A stretch of DNA of 64,000 nucleotides from a virus. This document shows, in pieces, positions 20,270 through 31,111 of this stretch (positions within the stretch are counted from its first letter, which is position 1; each line of letters starts with the position of its first letter). The position numbers and the translations under genes were made by a program. Where the stretch lies: the IMG/VR virus record IMGVR_UViG_3300027763_000037, positions 47,922 through 111,921 of that record. One strand, 5' to 3'. The notes below the pieces were generated by a model that made no database searches, was not told the DNA's origin, and saw nothing but the letters and a program-made list of their open reading frames with translations.

Positions 20270-20946
20270 TATTTAACTCCTATCAAACTTGCATTAGCAA
20301 TCCAGCGATACCCTGTTTTTATCCCTTGAGATCTTCCAGACTTGCTTCCTGCTGGCAGATCTTTTTTGTATGCTTTTGGATATTTAAACTGTTTAGATAA
20401 ACCACTTGTTTTTAAAAATGATTGACGGAAATATACTCCAAAGAATTCATTGATTACTTTTTCAAACTGACCCTTTGTTTCTCCTCCAGGATTGGTAACT
20501 ACAACTGGGTTTGATGTAAATATTTGCTCTCCGTCAATATCAAAAGACAGAACGTTTGCTTTCTTTGGCTTAATTGTTACGGGAAGACCTGCTTCCATAA
20601 TCTTTGCTTTGTCAGAAAATGGAACGTTAGAACCTTCTTTTATAGATGTTGATTGGCGTAGATTTGATTTAAAAGAAATTCCAAGAGGACTAATTGTATA
20701 GTCTATGTCAAACAATCTTGCTTTTGGACTACCAGTCAGTGTCCATTCATAAACGTGGTGTAAAAGTTCTGGGGTAACTCTAGCATTTGAATCAATATAC
20801 TGTGAAGCAAGTTCAACAATCTGTGGGGCTAAGTCATTAAATAATTGCGTCTTTCCTTTTTGAACTCCATCTAGAAATCCAAAAGAATAAGACATAATGT
20901 TGTCCATTTCTTTTTTAAATCTTTTACTTTCTGTAGTAACTCTCAT
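20269..20946 (-). CDS. Neck / head-tail joining protein (putative)
   Basis: Synteny; TIKPKKANVLSF motif seen in HK97-gp10-like neck proteins. Confidence 0.5.
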   Translation of the reverse strand: MRVTTESKRFKKEMDNIMSYSFGFLDGVQKGKTQLFNDLAPQIVELASQYIDSNARVTPELLHHVYEWTLTGSPKARLFDIDYTISPLGISFKSNLRQSTSIKEGSNVPFSDKAKIMEAGLPVTIKPKKANVLSFDIDGEQIFTSNPVVVTNPGGETKGQFEKVINEFFGVYFRQSFLKTSGLSKQFKYPKAYKKDLPAGSKSGRSQGIKTGYRWIANASLIGVK

Positions 20947-21392
20947 AGGTCACCTGTTTGATTTTCTGATCTACGAATAATTATTCTATAGTATTCAATA
21001 CTGCCAAAGGCTCCAGTTACAGGTTCAAATGTTGCAATTTCAAATAGTGTTGGCTTTCCAACTCTCGGTCCAGATGTTTCAAGAAATATTCTGTTTCCAG
21101 TTTGATCCGAAATATCTGTAAGCAATATGTTTGTCATTGCCTGAGCATCTTCTCTGCTTGAAAAACGAATATCGCTTTTTGTTCTTCCAACCAGAATTGA
21201 GTTTGTTGTTATGTTTACATTAGGCTTAACTTCTTCTTTAAATGCTGATCCGCCAGATGTGAAGTTGCAGGCTACTGTTCTGTCTAATATCCATTGCTTT
21301 TTAATTGCTCCATAATTTCCTTGCTCAACTATTGGGTAGTATAAAGACGCTTGCATTGGAAACATGAAGTCTGGATCTTCGCACACGGCCAT
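20943..21392 (-). CDS. Head closure (stopper) protein (putative)
   Basis: Synteny, size and beta-rich composition. Confidence 0.5.
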   Translation of the reverse strand: MAVCEDPDFMFPMQASLYYPIVEQGNYGAIKKQWILDRTVACNFTSGGSAFKEEVKPNVNITTNSILVGRTKSDIRFSSREDAQAMTNILLTDISDQTGNRIFLETSGPRVGKPTLFEIATFEPVTGAFGSIEYYRIIIRRSENQTGDL

Positions 21393-22285
21393 TATAAAAC
21401 CCCAATTTTTTTAATAGACTTAGCATACTTTGAAAGTATCTTGTCTACAATTATATTTCCTGTTCCCTCAAAAAGACCTTTATCAAATTGTATTTTAAAT
21501 TGGTCTGTATTATATGATGAAATATATCTTTTATAGTAGTCTAATTTTCCACAATCAATATCATGAATTAACATCTCTGTAGCACGTCTTATGTCTGATG
21601 GAACAGTCTCGTATCCGTGCTCAATAACAAATCTATAATCCCAACCTCTTGCAAACCCACGATAAATAAATGTTGTATCAATTGTATCTGATTGTCCAGC
21701 AGGAATAATAATTGGAGCGCCTTCCATTCTGTCAATTAAGTCTGAAGAAGACTCGACAATTGCAGACTTGTCTGGAGTTACAGAATAAGATCTGTCTTCA
21801 ACAAGAACATTATTTTCATATACTGATAAAATTTTCTTTACATTATCCCAGACTGGGACATAGTCAGAACCATTTCCAGATACCTCTAAAACCTTTTTTT
21901 CATAGTAAAATCCATCTTGGATCACTGAATCAATTACTGCTCTTGCAATTTCTTCTTTTAGGGCATACTCAGCAATTTCGGATGCAGTTGTTCCGTTGTC
22001 TTCTGGGTTTGAGTATGGTCTAATTATTTCATAAAACTCTTCGTAAACTAAATTTGTAGCATCAGAACTATCATTGGCAAAAACTTCTACTTTATAGTCA
22101 TTATCATATCTTCCTGAAACTGATGAGGATAGTCTTACTCCTGTTTGAGGATTTGAATATGTTGTTTCTGTTACTGAAAGATCCGCCATATCTATTACTT
22201 TTACAACAAAGTCGTCAGACCCAATTGGCACCAAATAGTGCTCTATAAAAATAACATCATATGGCGGAACTCTCAATATTTCCAT
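21392..22285 (-). CDS. Head-tail adaptor protein
   Basis: EHGYETVPSDIRRATEML and GTGNIIVDKILSKY motifs typical of gp6/gp15-like adaptors. Confidence 0.7.
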   Translation of the reverse strand: MEILRVPPYDVIFIEHYLVPIGSDDFVVKVIDMADLSVTETTYSNPQTGVRLSSSVSGRYDNDYKVEVFANDSSDATNLVYEEFYEIIRPYSNPEDNGTTASEIAEYALKEEIARAVIDSVIQDGFYYEKKVLEVSGNGSDYVPVWDNVKKILSVYENNVLVEDRSYSVTPDKSAIVESSSDLIDRMEGAPIIIPAGQSDTIDTTFIYRGFARGWDYRFVIEHGYETVPSDIRRATEMLIHDIDCGKLDYYKRYISSYNTDQFKIQFDKGLFEGTGNIIVDKILSKYAKSIKKIGVL

Positions 22286-22286
22286 A

Positions 22287-22724
22287 TTAGTTTTCCAATG
22301 CTGCTTTTAGTTCATCTGGTGTTGCAAGTCTAATATGATCACGAGACAACCACTTATCAGCAGCAGCCTTAGTAACAATATTAAATCCACGATAAACCTT
22401 GCCAGCCTCTGGCCATGAAACATTTCTTGTAGAATGAATTGCGACCTTGTCAGAATTATCAGCCTTTGGAGCGTCTGATGGCTTTGGACCATCTGCTGCC
22501 ATTGAACCAATAGCACCACTCTTTAGAAAGCCTAGGGCCTGATCAGGAGCCTTTGGGGCCTCTGCTACAACTGGTGTTGGATCTTCAACAGGAAGAGTTC
22601 TTGGCTCTACCGCAATTTCTACAACTGGTGTTTCTACAACCTCTGGTGCTGGAGTTTCTACAACTTCTTCTACTGGAAGAACTGTTGAATCTTCTGTTAC
22701 GTTTTCATTAAAATTATTTTCCAT
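22287..22724 (-). CDS. Hypothetical virion-associated protein with acidic, Pro-rich N-terminus
   Basis: ORF with SD AGGAGG and its own extended -10. Confidence 0.6.
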   Translation of the reverse strand: MENNFNENVTEDSTVLPVEEVVETPAPEVVETPVVEIAVEPRTLPVEDPTPVVAEAPKAPDQALGFLKSGAIGSMAADGPKPSDAPKADNSDKVAIHSTRNVSWPEAGKVYRGFNIVTKAAADKWLSRDHIRLATPDELKAALEN

Positions 22725-22762
22725 TATATCCTCCTTGTTTGTATTATATCATTAAAGTATTA

Positions 22763-22793
22763 AGGGGGACAGGAGAGTGAACTCCCGCCCCCC
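22763..22793 (-). terminator. GC-rich hairpin after the major capsid gene
   Basis: GGGGGACAGGAGAGTGAACTCCCGCCCCCC inverted repeat. Confidence 0.5.
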
Positions 22794-22814
22794 ATTAAAG
22801 GTACTGTTTACAGA

Positions 22815-23945
22815 TTACTCTGCTGCAGCGTCAGCGAATGCGATTGCATCCTCTTCTTCCCACTGAATACCAAAGCGGACGAATACTGTGTACTCAATTG
22901 TGTCCTTCTTTGCTACGTATTCACGGTTTACAGTGATGTCACGCTGGAATCCCCATACACGGTTTGCAGGGAATGTCAAGTCGATATAGCCTGCTGGGTA
23001 GTAAGGAACTTCCTGAACTTCAATTCCGAGAACACGTGTTGTACGTGCTCCACCGAATGTCTGTCCGATACCATCAAGGTATGACTGGCGGTTTGCCTGG
23101 GTTGATCCTGGCATCTGGCCTGCAAATGCTTCTGCAACTGCATCAGCAAGGGTACCGTTATTCTTAACGATTCCTCCGAATGCATCTGTACCTGCGTAGA
23201 ACTTAAGATTGTTCTTAAGTGCACGGTACTTACGTGGCATTGCATTGATGATGCCCTGCATTACATCAGGTGTCCAAGCATTATCTGCTACGGTTACTAC
23301 TGACTCATGTGCATCTCCGTTTGTCTTTACCTTCTTGATAAAGCCTGGCATGATTGACAAGAATGCTCCTGTTGCACCATCACCATTGATAGCGAGATCT
23401 TCGATATCATTTGCGAATGCGTTGGTCATCAAGCGTACTAAGTGATCTTCTAGAGCGTCACCTTCTACACCATCTTCCAATGATTCTGCTGTTACTTCCC
23501 AATCAAGACGAATCTTCTTGGTAGTAAGTTCGACCTTAGAGAATGTTGCACCTGTGTTTGTGTAGTTACCAACTGCTTGCGCTGCTGCTCTGATTACACG
23601 CTCACCGACGTTTACCTTCTCAAGTTCCATAGAATTAGCCTTCATTGTTACACGACGGCCATCCTTTGCTAATACTGTTGCATCCCAAACATAGTCGATA
23701 AAACGACGTGCCTGCTCGGGGCGCAAAATTCCAGAAGCCGCTGAACCACTAGGGTTAACAGCATTTGCTCCGCTTGTTGATCCAAGAGTTGCTGTTGGAA
23801 TATTACCAAGTGTCGATGCACCTGGATCTGTTACTCCACCAACACCACCTGATGCGAAAGCACCTTGACCCTGGTAAAGTCCTGGTGCTGTTGCACCTAG
23901 ATCTCCTGCAGCGCCTGGCTGGTTTTTGATTATTTCTTCTGACAT
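22815..23945 (-). CDS. Major capsid protein (HK97 fold)
   Basis: GILRPEQARRFID, NDIEDLAINGD and GFQRDITV motifs; start revised to ATG 23945 (SD GGAGG). Confidence 0.9.
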   Translation of the reverse strand: MSEEIIKNQPGAAGDLGATAPGLYQGQGAFASGGVGGVTDPGASTLGNIPTATLGSTSGANAVNPSGSAASGILRPEQARRFIDYVWDATVLAKDGRRVTMKANSMELEKVNVGERVIRAAAQAVGNYTNTGATFSKVELTTKKIRLDWEVTAESLEDGVEGDALEDHLVRLMTNAFANDIEDLAINGDGATGAFLSIMPGFIKKVKTNGDAHESVVTVADNAWTPDVMQGIINAMPRKYRALKNNLKFYAGTDAFGGIVKNNGTLADAVAEAFAGQMPGSTQANRQSYLDGIGQTFGGARTTRVLGIEVQEVPYYPAGYIDLTFPANRVWGFQRDITVNREYVAKKDTIEYTVFVRFGIQWEEEDAIAFADAAAE

Positions 23946-23968
23946 ATTGTCACCTCCTAGTGATTTGT

Positions 23969-25309
23969 TCATTTGAATAGATCGGCTGTTTTGAGGAAAC
24001 TACCGCCCCATAGGGATTTTTCAACCATTTCAGGTTGAGACTGAAAGATATCGCCGATATCTCCAGACTTTCGGAATGCGGTTTCTGCTTCCACAGCGTC
24101 TACTCGTTTTCCAAATTCATTAAATTCACCTGAAACTGCTGCAATATCTTTTGCAACTGCTTCAAACGAACTCTTTACTGTATCAACATCTACCTTTGAA
24201 GACTTAAGAAGTTCTACTTCTGCTTGCAAAGACTTAACTGTTGACAATAGATCGCTAAAGGCTGATGTTAGATTATTCTTGATTTCGGTAATTGCTTCAG
24301 CAACTACGTCATCTGACTTAGATACATCTGCGTCTGCGTCTGCTACTTCTTCAACTGTTTCTGCAACTGGTGCTTCTTCAGTCTCTGCTGCTGGTGCTTC
24401 ATCTGATTTAACAACATCTGTTGTTTCAATCTCTTCTGCTTTTGCAACCTCTTCTGTAACTTCTTCAACCACGGCATCTGCCTCTGGAGCGACCACAACA
24501 TCTTCAACTACATCAGTCTTTTCAACTTTTGCTTTTGCTTTTGTCATAGGACTTACCTCCTTGTTAATCTTAGAAGTATTAATGCCTTTAGCACTATCAA
24601 CTAAGAATTTTATCATTTCTATTTTTTCATTATCCGTTTTTTCAACGAACCCTATATTTTCCATTGCTTCTCCAGAAGTTGGGCTGACTTCGGATTCATT
24701 TTCTGAAACCATAACGATACCAGATTCTTTATCATAAAAAACATTTTCTAATACTGTTTCATCTGCTTTAATAACATCTACGCCATCAACTTTTTCAACA
24801 GAAACAATATTTGCAAATTGATTTGCTGGTGAATCTACAAGACTTAACTCTACCAAATCATATTGCTTAATAATTCTAATTTGTGTGTCTGACTTTTCAT
24901 CATATCCGTCATCCCACTTATTCATTCTTCCGCCAATAGAAAAACCAGCAAGAGTTCCATCTAGAACTTTTTCCCAAGTATCTTGTGCACCCTTTGAAAC
25001 ATATGCAGATACAAATACTCCATTATAGAATTTCTTTGTTTCTGGATCAAAGTATTTTTCTGCTTTGAAGTCTACCATCTTGCCTACTGCTAATGGCTGA
25101 TGCATTTCTCTAATGTTCCCACGGAATTTTGCAAATGCTTCCATAGATGCTTCTGCTGTTACAATATCATTTTGCTTATCAATGTTATCAAGGGACGCAA
25201 AACCAGATACGGTACGTCGCTCTTTGTCTACCTTGCTAAAAGGCATTGAAAGACGCAGATTGTCCCCATCTGAATTCCAATGGGCCTTGGATATATTGCT
25301 CACCATCAT
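23969..25309 (-). CDS. Prohead protease (HK97 type) fused to an acidic coiled-coil scaffold
   Basis: REMHQ (His), GFSIGG (Ser) and ELSLVDSPAN motifs; Glu/Ala-rich C-terminus. Start is uncertain (25309, 25306 or 25303). Confidence 0.9.
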   Translation of the reverse strand: MMVSNISKAHWNSDGDNLRLSMPFSKVDKERRTVSGFASLDNIDKQNDIVTAEASMEAFAKFRGNIREMHQPLAVGKMVDFKAEKYFDPETKKFYNGVFVSAYVSKGAQDTWEKVLDGTLAGFSIGGRMNKWDDGYDEKSDTQIRIIKQYDLVELSLVDSPANQFANIVSVEKVDGVDVIKADETVLENVFYDKESGIVMVSENESEVSPTSGEAMENIGFVEKTDNEKIEMIKFLVDSAKGINTSKINKEVSPMTKAKAKVEKTDVVEDVVVAPEADAVVEEVTEEVAKAEEIETTDVVKSDEAPAAETEEAPVAETVEEVADADADVSKSDDVVAEAITEIKNNLTSAFSDLLSTVKSLQAEVELLKSSKVDVDTVKSSFEAVAKDIAAVSGEFNEFGKRVDAVEAETAFRKSGDIGDIFQSQPEMVEKSLWGGSFLKTADLFK

Positions 25310-25358
25310 ATTATAAACCCCTTTTAACAATTATATCACAATGTGGACAAATCGGGCA

Positions 25359-26954
25359 TTAGGGAGTTTTTCTTCCCTCTCCCTTTGGGCCTCTTCCAGC
25401 AACTGTTGATGTGCTGTCTGAATTATTATTTGTTCGTTCCGAATCTCTTGCTCTTGTTGTATTTGCCTCTGCTGCTGCAGCAGGCTTGAGTTCAAGAACT
25501 TCATCTCCACCCTCACGCTGTGGCATATCAAGAACAACACGTGCCTCATTTGGAGTAATGATTTGATTTTTGACATAGCGTTCAAGAATTTGAGACTGAG
25601 CAATTTCATCTGTAAGGGTGAGTTCATTAAATGCAAACTCAAGAATATCTGTCTTTTCTCTAATGACTTTATTGATCATTTTCTCAAGTTGTCGCTGGGC
25701 TGGTCTTGCTACCTGCTCCTTAAAGGTGCGATCCTGTGCAAGTGCTGCTGCAATAGATCCAGAATCGCCACCTCCAAGTTTAGATAGTGGCACTTGATGT
25801 GCTACCAGGATATCATCACGGTTTTGTTTACGATACTCTTTAAATGAGCCGTCTTGTATACCGTCTTCGATGGGATCCATCTTGAATTCAACTTTATTTG
25901 TATCGCTATCTCCTGGTAGTGGAATATATAGCGTTCTGTGTGATTGACCTTTTAGACTTGTCTGTAAGAATCTAAACATCTTATCTTCTGCGTCACTTGA
26001 TAGTTTAGCACCCTTTAAAGTAATAACATATCTTGGCACTGCCTTGTTAGCAAAATAATCAATATTGTACTGAGACGCAAGAGAATCTCCATGTAGAGAA
26101 TTTATTGCAGACATAATATCTGGCACACCATAAAATGTATTTAGTGGTGAGTATTGTTTAAAATGAATAATCTCATTTGGTCTTGCATCTGTAGTTAATG
26201 GATTCTGATTCTTTGCACCAAAGTTACGGAAGTAAACAATCTTATTTCCAATAATCTGAACATATCCATCTTTAATTCTTCTAACTCTCATAGTTGTGGA
26301 AGGAATATGTCCTACATATCCAATCTCTCCACGAATAGTTCTGCCAATTTCTAGATATCCGTTACCTGTAGACTGTAGATCTGTGTAAACCTTTTCCATT
26401 GTTGCAGTAAAAGAATCGTCATCATTTAATGACTCTAGCCAGTCTCTTACTTCAATCTTTGCTCTTTCAATTCTCTTACGTGCTTTTTGTGTAGCACTGT
26501 TATCTTCTGAAGATTCAAGCCTTAACATTGTTCTTGGAGAAACCTTGAACTCATATCCAAGTCCAACAATGTTTTCTACCTTGGCATCGATTGCTGCGTG
26601 GTTTGCAAATGATGTGTCATAGTAGTTTGCCAATTCATAAAGGTTCCATGGTGGTGTGATAACATCAAACATTCCGTAGCCGTTTACATATACTAGGCCT
26701 GGGTTTATTTCTTTTGACTGTGCTCCGTCAATACCGCTTTTTCCAGCAAGTGCTGCAGTTGTATATTGCGTTGTTGGCTCAACCATCTTTGTTGAAGATC
26801 TGCTTATGCGTCTTTTAAAATTTGCCTCTAGTCCGTCAAGGCCTTTTAGAGTATCCCAGTTTCCGTTAAAAGGATCTGATTTTGAAAACAAGTCTTCTGT
26901 TCTATTTGATTCATCAATACTTGCTCCGATGATGTATTCGTTATCTTCTGACAT
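25359..26954 (-). CDS. Portal protein
   Basis: GNGYLEIGR, EIIHFK...FYGVPD, YFANKAVP and TPNEAR motifs. Confidence 0.9.
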   Translation of the reverse strand: MSEDNEYIIGASIDESNRTEDLFSKSDPFNGNWDTLKGLDGLEANFKRRISRSSTKMVEPTTQYTTAALAGKSGIDGAQSKEINPGLVYVNGYGMFDVITPPWNLYELANYYDTSFANHAAIDAKVENIVGLGYEFKVSPRTMLRLESSEDNSATQKARKRIERAKIEVRDWLESLNDDDSFTATMEKVYTDLQSTGNGYLEIGRTIRGEIGYVGHIPSTTMRVRRIKDGYVQIIGNKIVYFRNFGAKNQNPLTTDARPNEIIHFKQYSPLNTFYGVPDIMSAINSLHGDSLASQYNIDYFANKAVPRYVITLKGAKLSSDAEDKMFRFLQTSLKGQSHRTLYIPLPGDSDTNKVEFKMDPIEDGIQDGSFKEYRKQNRDDILVAHQVPLSKLGGGDSGSIAAALAQDRTFKEQVARPAQRQLEKMINKVIREKTDILEFAFNELTLTDEIAQSQILERYVKNQIITPNEARVVLDMPQREGGDEVLELKPAAAAEANTTRARDSERTNNNSDSTSTVAGRGPKGEGRKTP

Positions 26955-27340
26955 TAGTCTTCCTCTCCATAAAGAGCGATTGTGTCTTTGGCTGCTTGAA
27001 CAGCACCAAGATCGTTTAGGTTTGGAAGAAGTCCAGACTTCATACGATCTACTTGTTCAGAATATTCTTCTTCTGAAACCCTTGTTAACCCTGGAACAAA
27101 TACGCAAGTTCCGTCTCCTGGATCTCCGTAATGCATTGCAGTCTTTTTTAGTTCTGCCATTCTAGATATATCATTCTTATCTGAAGGAATGTTAAGCACA
27201 GAGCCATTCCCGTCTGTAAACCATTTTCCATTTGCCTTTTTGTATACATATAAACCCCAGTCATAGTTCTTTTCAATGACTTGGCGTCTTACATTCTTTA
27301 CAATTGGTTGACCAGTTTTTGGGTCTATTAGTGAATCCAT
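26954..27340 (-). CDS. Hypothetical protein upstream of the portal gene
   Basis: Start revised to ATG 27340, 7 nt after TGGTATACT; stop coupled to the portal start. Confidence 0.65.
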   Translation of the reverse strand: MDSLIDPKTGQPIVKNVRRQVIEKNYDWGLYVYKKANGKWFTDGNGSVLNIPSDKNDISRMAELKKTAMHYGDPGDGTCVFVPGLTRVSEEEYSEQVDRMKSGLLPNLNDLGAVQAAKDTIALYGEED

Positions 27341-27358
27341 AACCACAAGTATACCATA

Positions 27359-30300
27359 CTAGATTGCACTTAGGGTTTGCGCTGACCAGCCTACATCCGT
27401 AGAAATGAAATAATCATAATCTTTTAACGTAAACATGGAATCTGAATCAATAATAACCTTATTTGTTCCAACATAACTCTTATAAATATCAGAAGGGTCT
27501 ACTCCGTAGTAAGATTTTGAAGAAAGGACAAGAACTCCGTTCCATAATGCTGGGTACCAGAAAGTCCATGGGTACTCTCCTTGGGGAGAATATCTAACTC
27601 TAAACCAAAGTCTTTTATTAGTCTTTTGAACTTCCTGTAAGTTTGTTGACTGATAATAAGAAATTGTATTCATCATTAGTGGACCGTTAATATGAAGATA
27701 TCCAGTTGTACCATAAAAGTATAGTAACTCTGGAAACGATATGCCAAGGAAAGACCATTCATCTATTGATATGACTGGATTTGATACAAGTGCTCCATTA
27801 AGGTAAAAACCAACTCCATTTTCAAGCGCTCCAGTTTTTGCATTTATAGCGTAGATCTTTGCACGTGTACCATCAGGGTTGTTTGCAACAAGGTAAAACT
27901 TAATATGCTTATTTGAAGATTTTATCTCAAATATCTCAACTTCAGAAAATGGGAATGTGTCGTCTGAATATTTGATGCATGCCTGTAAAACCATTAAGTT
28001 ATAATCTAAAGATTTTGTCTGATTAAGTGGTATAGATATGCCACGGTTGATACTTGGGTTGTTTTGCCCTCTTAGTTCTATTCCGCTTCTTTTTGTCAAA
28101 TAAAGATATGGCGAACTTCCTTTGTAAATAGAAAATGGATTATTAGACTTATAATCATAATAACTTCCAGTCTTTGTATAAGGATACATGGGTATTCCAA
28201 ATCTTGTTCCTACAGCGTTAGGAGATGTATCATTTAATGCTTGAGAAGAATACTGCAAAAACTTAATCATTGGCTTTTTTATTTTTGCATCTTTAATAAA
28301 AAAATCAATATGAGTAACAATGGACACATCATTGACATTAGATGATTTTGGAGGATAAATAATTGAATTATTTACAACTTCATATTTTGTATTTATCCAA
28401 TTTGTTTCTGGATAAACTATTCCATCTTTAGGGACTGACTGTGTATTTTCAAAAAATAAGTCAGGCTGATTATAAGAAGATGCTGAAAACTTAAAAGAAA
28501 TATAAGACTTGACTATAGATTTGCTAGTATCATAAGTATATGTTTTTACTGAGTTATTCTTTAAATCATCGTAGTCATCATAGCCAGTATAAAGATGATT
28601 ATCTAAAGAAGAATATTTTTGTGATGTTGGAATTGAGTATTTTTCATATAAAGATTTTATTGTTTTTGTTGTTCCTTCTATAAAAACTGTATCACCATAT
28701 TTCCACGATCCTCCTGAAGTATCGCTTTCTTTTAATTTTTGAGGTGAGTCATAGTCTAAATTAAACTGAATAAAGTCAAGATTATAATACTCATCTCCTT
28801 TTGCGTCTTTTACATATGTTGCTAAATTAGACAAAGGAACTGAATCTTCCCAGTATGAATTTATATCTAGTCCAAGCCTTAAAATGCCAAAATCTTCTTT
28901 TGGAAGCAAGGTGCAACTTGCCATGTGAGTTAAAAGACTATCGTTAATAAATGATGAAGCATTTCCTCCATCGTTAATATAGTCAAAATATCCAGACTGG
29001 CTACCAAAGTATTTGTCTCCTCCATCTAGTTCTACACTAGAAGGAAATGTTGCAAAAACATCTTCATAGTCTATTGGAAGTCCAGTTTCATTAAACAAAT
29101 GCTTAATTTTTAAAGCATTTCTTGCATTGCAAAATCCAACAGTATATATGTTTCCAGAGAATGTTTGATCAAATGACTTTGTTCCACCTATATAAATTGA
29201 AAGAGATCCAATATTGCCAAAAAATGAAGAAACATTTTGTGCATAGTAGTCAGATAAAACTCTGAGATCTATCCCTGCTGAAAAGATATCATTTACTAAT
29301 ATGTTTTTTGGTGATAGATAAATTATATCTTCCTGCCCACCATAAAACAAAGTATATTTTAATTTAAGATCAACTATGTCTATTGAAAAATAATTTCCAG
29401 AAATTTCATCAACAATTCTAATTAATGACTGAGTTCCTTCTAAAGACTTTGCCTTAAATACTCCATAGATTATGCTGACTTCCTCATTTAAAAAACTTAA
29501 GTTGTTGTATCTTAAATATCCATTTTCTGAAGACCAACTTGTTATAGGCCTAAATGTGATAAAATTTTCAAATTCATTTTGAATTGCCAAGCAAGCAGAA
29601 AAAAGATCAGACTCTGTTTTACTTGACAAAATAATTTCTGGTAAAGGATATTCTGGAACAGTCAACTTATTTTTATCAATAGAAACATTATTGCCAATTC
29701 CTTGCGACCAAGTACCAAGAGAGGGGTACGAATAGTTATTAGCATAATTAGCAAAAGCATAATCTATGTAAACAGAAGAACCGCTATAGGCTGTATTGAT
29801 ATTTTCTGGAAACTCTACGCCTTGACCATAGATAAATCGTATCTTGCCTAGTTGATCAGAGATTTCATATGGATAGAGTCCAACGCAGTCAATTGATATA
29901 TTTGGGATATCTTGGTGTGCATAAAAGCCAATCCAATCTTGATCTTTTGAGTTTGAGTCAAGTTTATTTTGTGGTACGTAGTTATTTTCTGTTAATTGAA
30001 AATCTATAACTTTTTCTCCATTTAGAGATAATGTCGTTCTGCTCTTACTAACATATAAATGAAATAGCATAGGTCTTCCCCACTCAGCAACATAGTGTGT
30101 TTGATAGTTATCCCCAACCTTAAGACCTACAAAGTTTCCATCAACATATATTCCGTCTTCTGAGTTTAACGGGCCTACTATTCTTTTCCTATCATAAGTT
30201 TTTGAGTTTACATTAGCCCAAAATTCTAAAGTATATTGTTTATTTTTACCAGACTGATTTAAAAATCCATTTCCTGGCAATATCAAAGATGGATTTTCAT

Positions 30301-31090
30301 TATTATAATAAATTTGAGTTGAGTTCTGGGATCCATATACAATAGGAACTCCAAAGTTTTTTGCCTTAAGATTCATTAATCCATTAAGAAGATAGTATCC
30401 CTTTTGGTCAGATCTTGAGTATGCAAAAGCCTCAATTCCTTTTGTTGCTGTTGTAGAAATTGTTTCTGGTATATTAACAATAGAACTTCCCAAAGACCCT
30501 GAATGAAATTCTTCACACCATTGCCCAAAAGAAAAACCATTAAGAAGTACAACTATCTCGCTATTTTCTGCATCACCAAAATAATCAATTTCAAAAACTA
30601 GACGCATTGTTACATCGTCTTCTGGTATCCTAAACGTATCACCAATAAATATCCAGGAATCAGTTATTGAAGTATCAAAAGACTTTAACTTTGTAATAAC
30701 AGTTCCTGAAGATTCATCAAAGTATTCATATCCTACTGAAAATCTAGAAGCGTTTTGACTAAAAGATTTAAAGTATGCTCCTATTGCCATAGTCTTTAGA
30801 GACTGGTCAAGATCTTTGAAATTTTTAATATCGTCACTCAAATATCTTGTGACGCTTTTAATATTAACTGGAGAAGGATTGGCTGTTATTTTTGTTACGA
30901 TGCTGTTTTCAAATGGAGCATCATCTGTTATGAATAACTCTTTTTGCCCATTATTTACTTTCCAAAAACTTAAGCCTCTTTGCTCTTCTGATATTTGAGA
31001 AACATAGTCTGCTTTATCATCTAAAGACCATAGGACAGTAGGGTGCTGTGCAAACACTTTTTCTGCATATAAATTTGAAGCAATAGACAT
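27359..31090 (-). CDS. Large virion protein with LamG/concanavalin A-like domains (1243 aa)
   Basis: YTLEFW...LSLNGEKV and IYIGG...FSGNIY motifs; SD AGGAGG. Confidence 0.6.
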   Translation of the reverse strand: MSIASNLYAEKVFAQHPTVLWSLDDKADYVSQISEEQRGLSFWKVNNGQKELFITDDAPFENSIVTKITANPSPVNIKSVTRYLSDDIKNFKDLDQSLKTMAIGAYFKSFSQNASRFSVGYEYFDESSGTVITKLKSFDTSITDSWIFIGDTFRIPEDDVTMRLVFEIDYFGDAENSEIVVLLNGFSFGQWCEEFHSGSLGSSIVNIPETISTTATKGIEAFAYSRSDQKGYYLLNGLMNLKAKNFGVPIVYGSQNSTQIYYNNENPSLILPGNGFLNQSGKNKQYTLEFWANVNSKTYDRKRIVGPLNSEDGIYVDGNFVGLKVGDNYQTHYVAEWGRPMLFHLYVSKSRTTLSLNGEKVIDFQLTENNYVPQNKLDSNSKDQDWIGFYAHQDIPNISIDCVGLYPYEISDQLGKIRFIYGQGVEFPENINTAYSGSSVYIDYAFANYANNYSYPSLGTWSQGIGNNVSIDKNKLTVPEYPLPEIILSSKTESDLFSACLAIQNEFENFITFRPITSWSSENGYLRYNNLSFLNEEVSIIYGVFKAKSLEGTQSLIRIVDEISGNYFSIDIVDLKLKYTLFYGGQEDIIYLSPKNILVNDIFSAGIDLRVLSDYYAQNVSSFFGNIGSLSIYIGGTKSFDQTFSGNIYTVGFCNARNALKIKHLFNETGLPIDYEDVFATFPSSVELDGGDKYFGSQSGYFDYINDGGNASSFINDSLLTHMASCTLLPKEDFGILRLGLDINSYWEDSVPLSNLATYVKDAKGDEYYNLDFIQFNLDYDSPQKLKESDTSGGSWKYGDTVFIEGTTKTIKSLYEKYSIPTSQKYSSLDNHLYTGYDDYDDLKNNSVKTYTYDTSKSIVKSYISFKFSASSYNQPDLFFENTQSVPKDGIVYPETNWINTKYEVVNNSIIYPPKSSNVNDVSIVTHIDFFIKDAKIKKPMIKFLQYSSQALNDTSPNAVGTRFGIPMYPYTKTGSYYDYKSNNPFSIYKGSSPYLYLTKRSGIELRGQNNPSINRGISIPLNQTKSLDYNLMVLQACIKYSDDTFPFSEVEIFEIKSSNKHIKFYLVANNPDGTRAKIYAINAKTGALENGVGFYLNGALVSNPVISIDEWSFLGISFPELLYFYGTTGYLHINGPLMMNTISYYQSTNLQEVQKTNKRLWFRVRYSPQGEYPWTFWYPALWNGVLVLSSKSYYGVDPSDIYKSYVGTNKVIIDSDSMFTLKDYDYFISTDVGWSAQTLSAI

Positions 31091-31111
31091 AGGTCCTCCT
31101 AGTCTATTTTA

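Noticed and set aside
25342-25350. Single TTGTCCACA DnaA-like box (minus strand) next to the protease promoter
   Set aside because: One 9-mer in 64 kb is compatible with chance, and no partner box is nearby.
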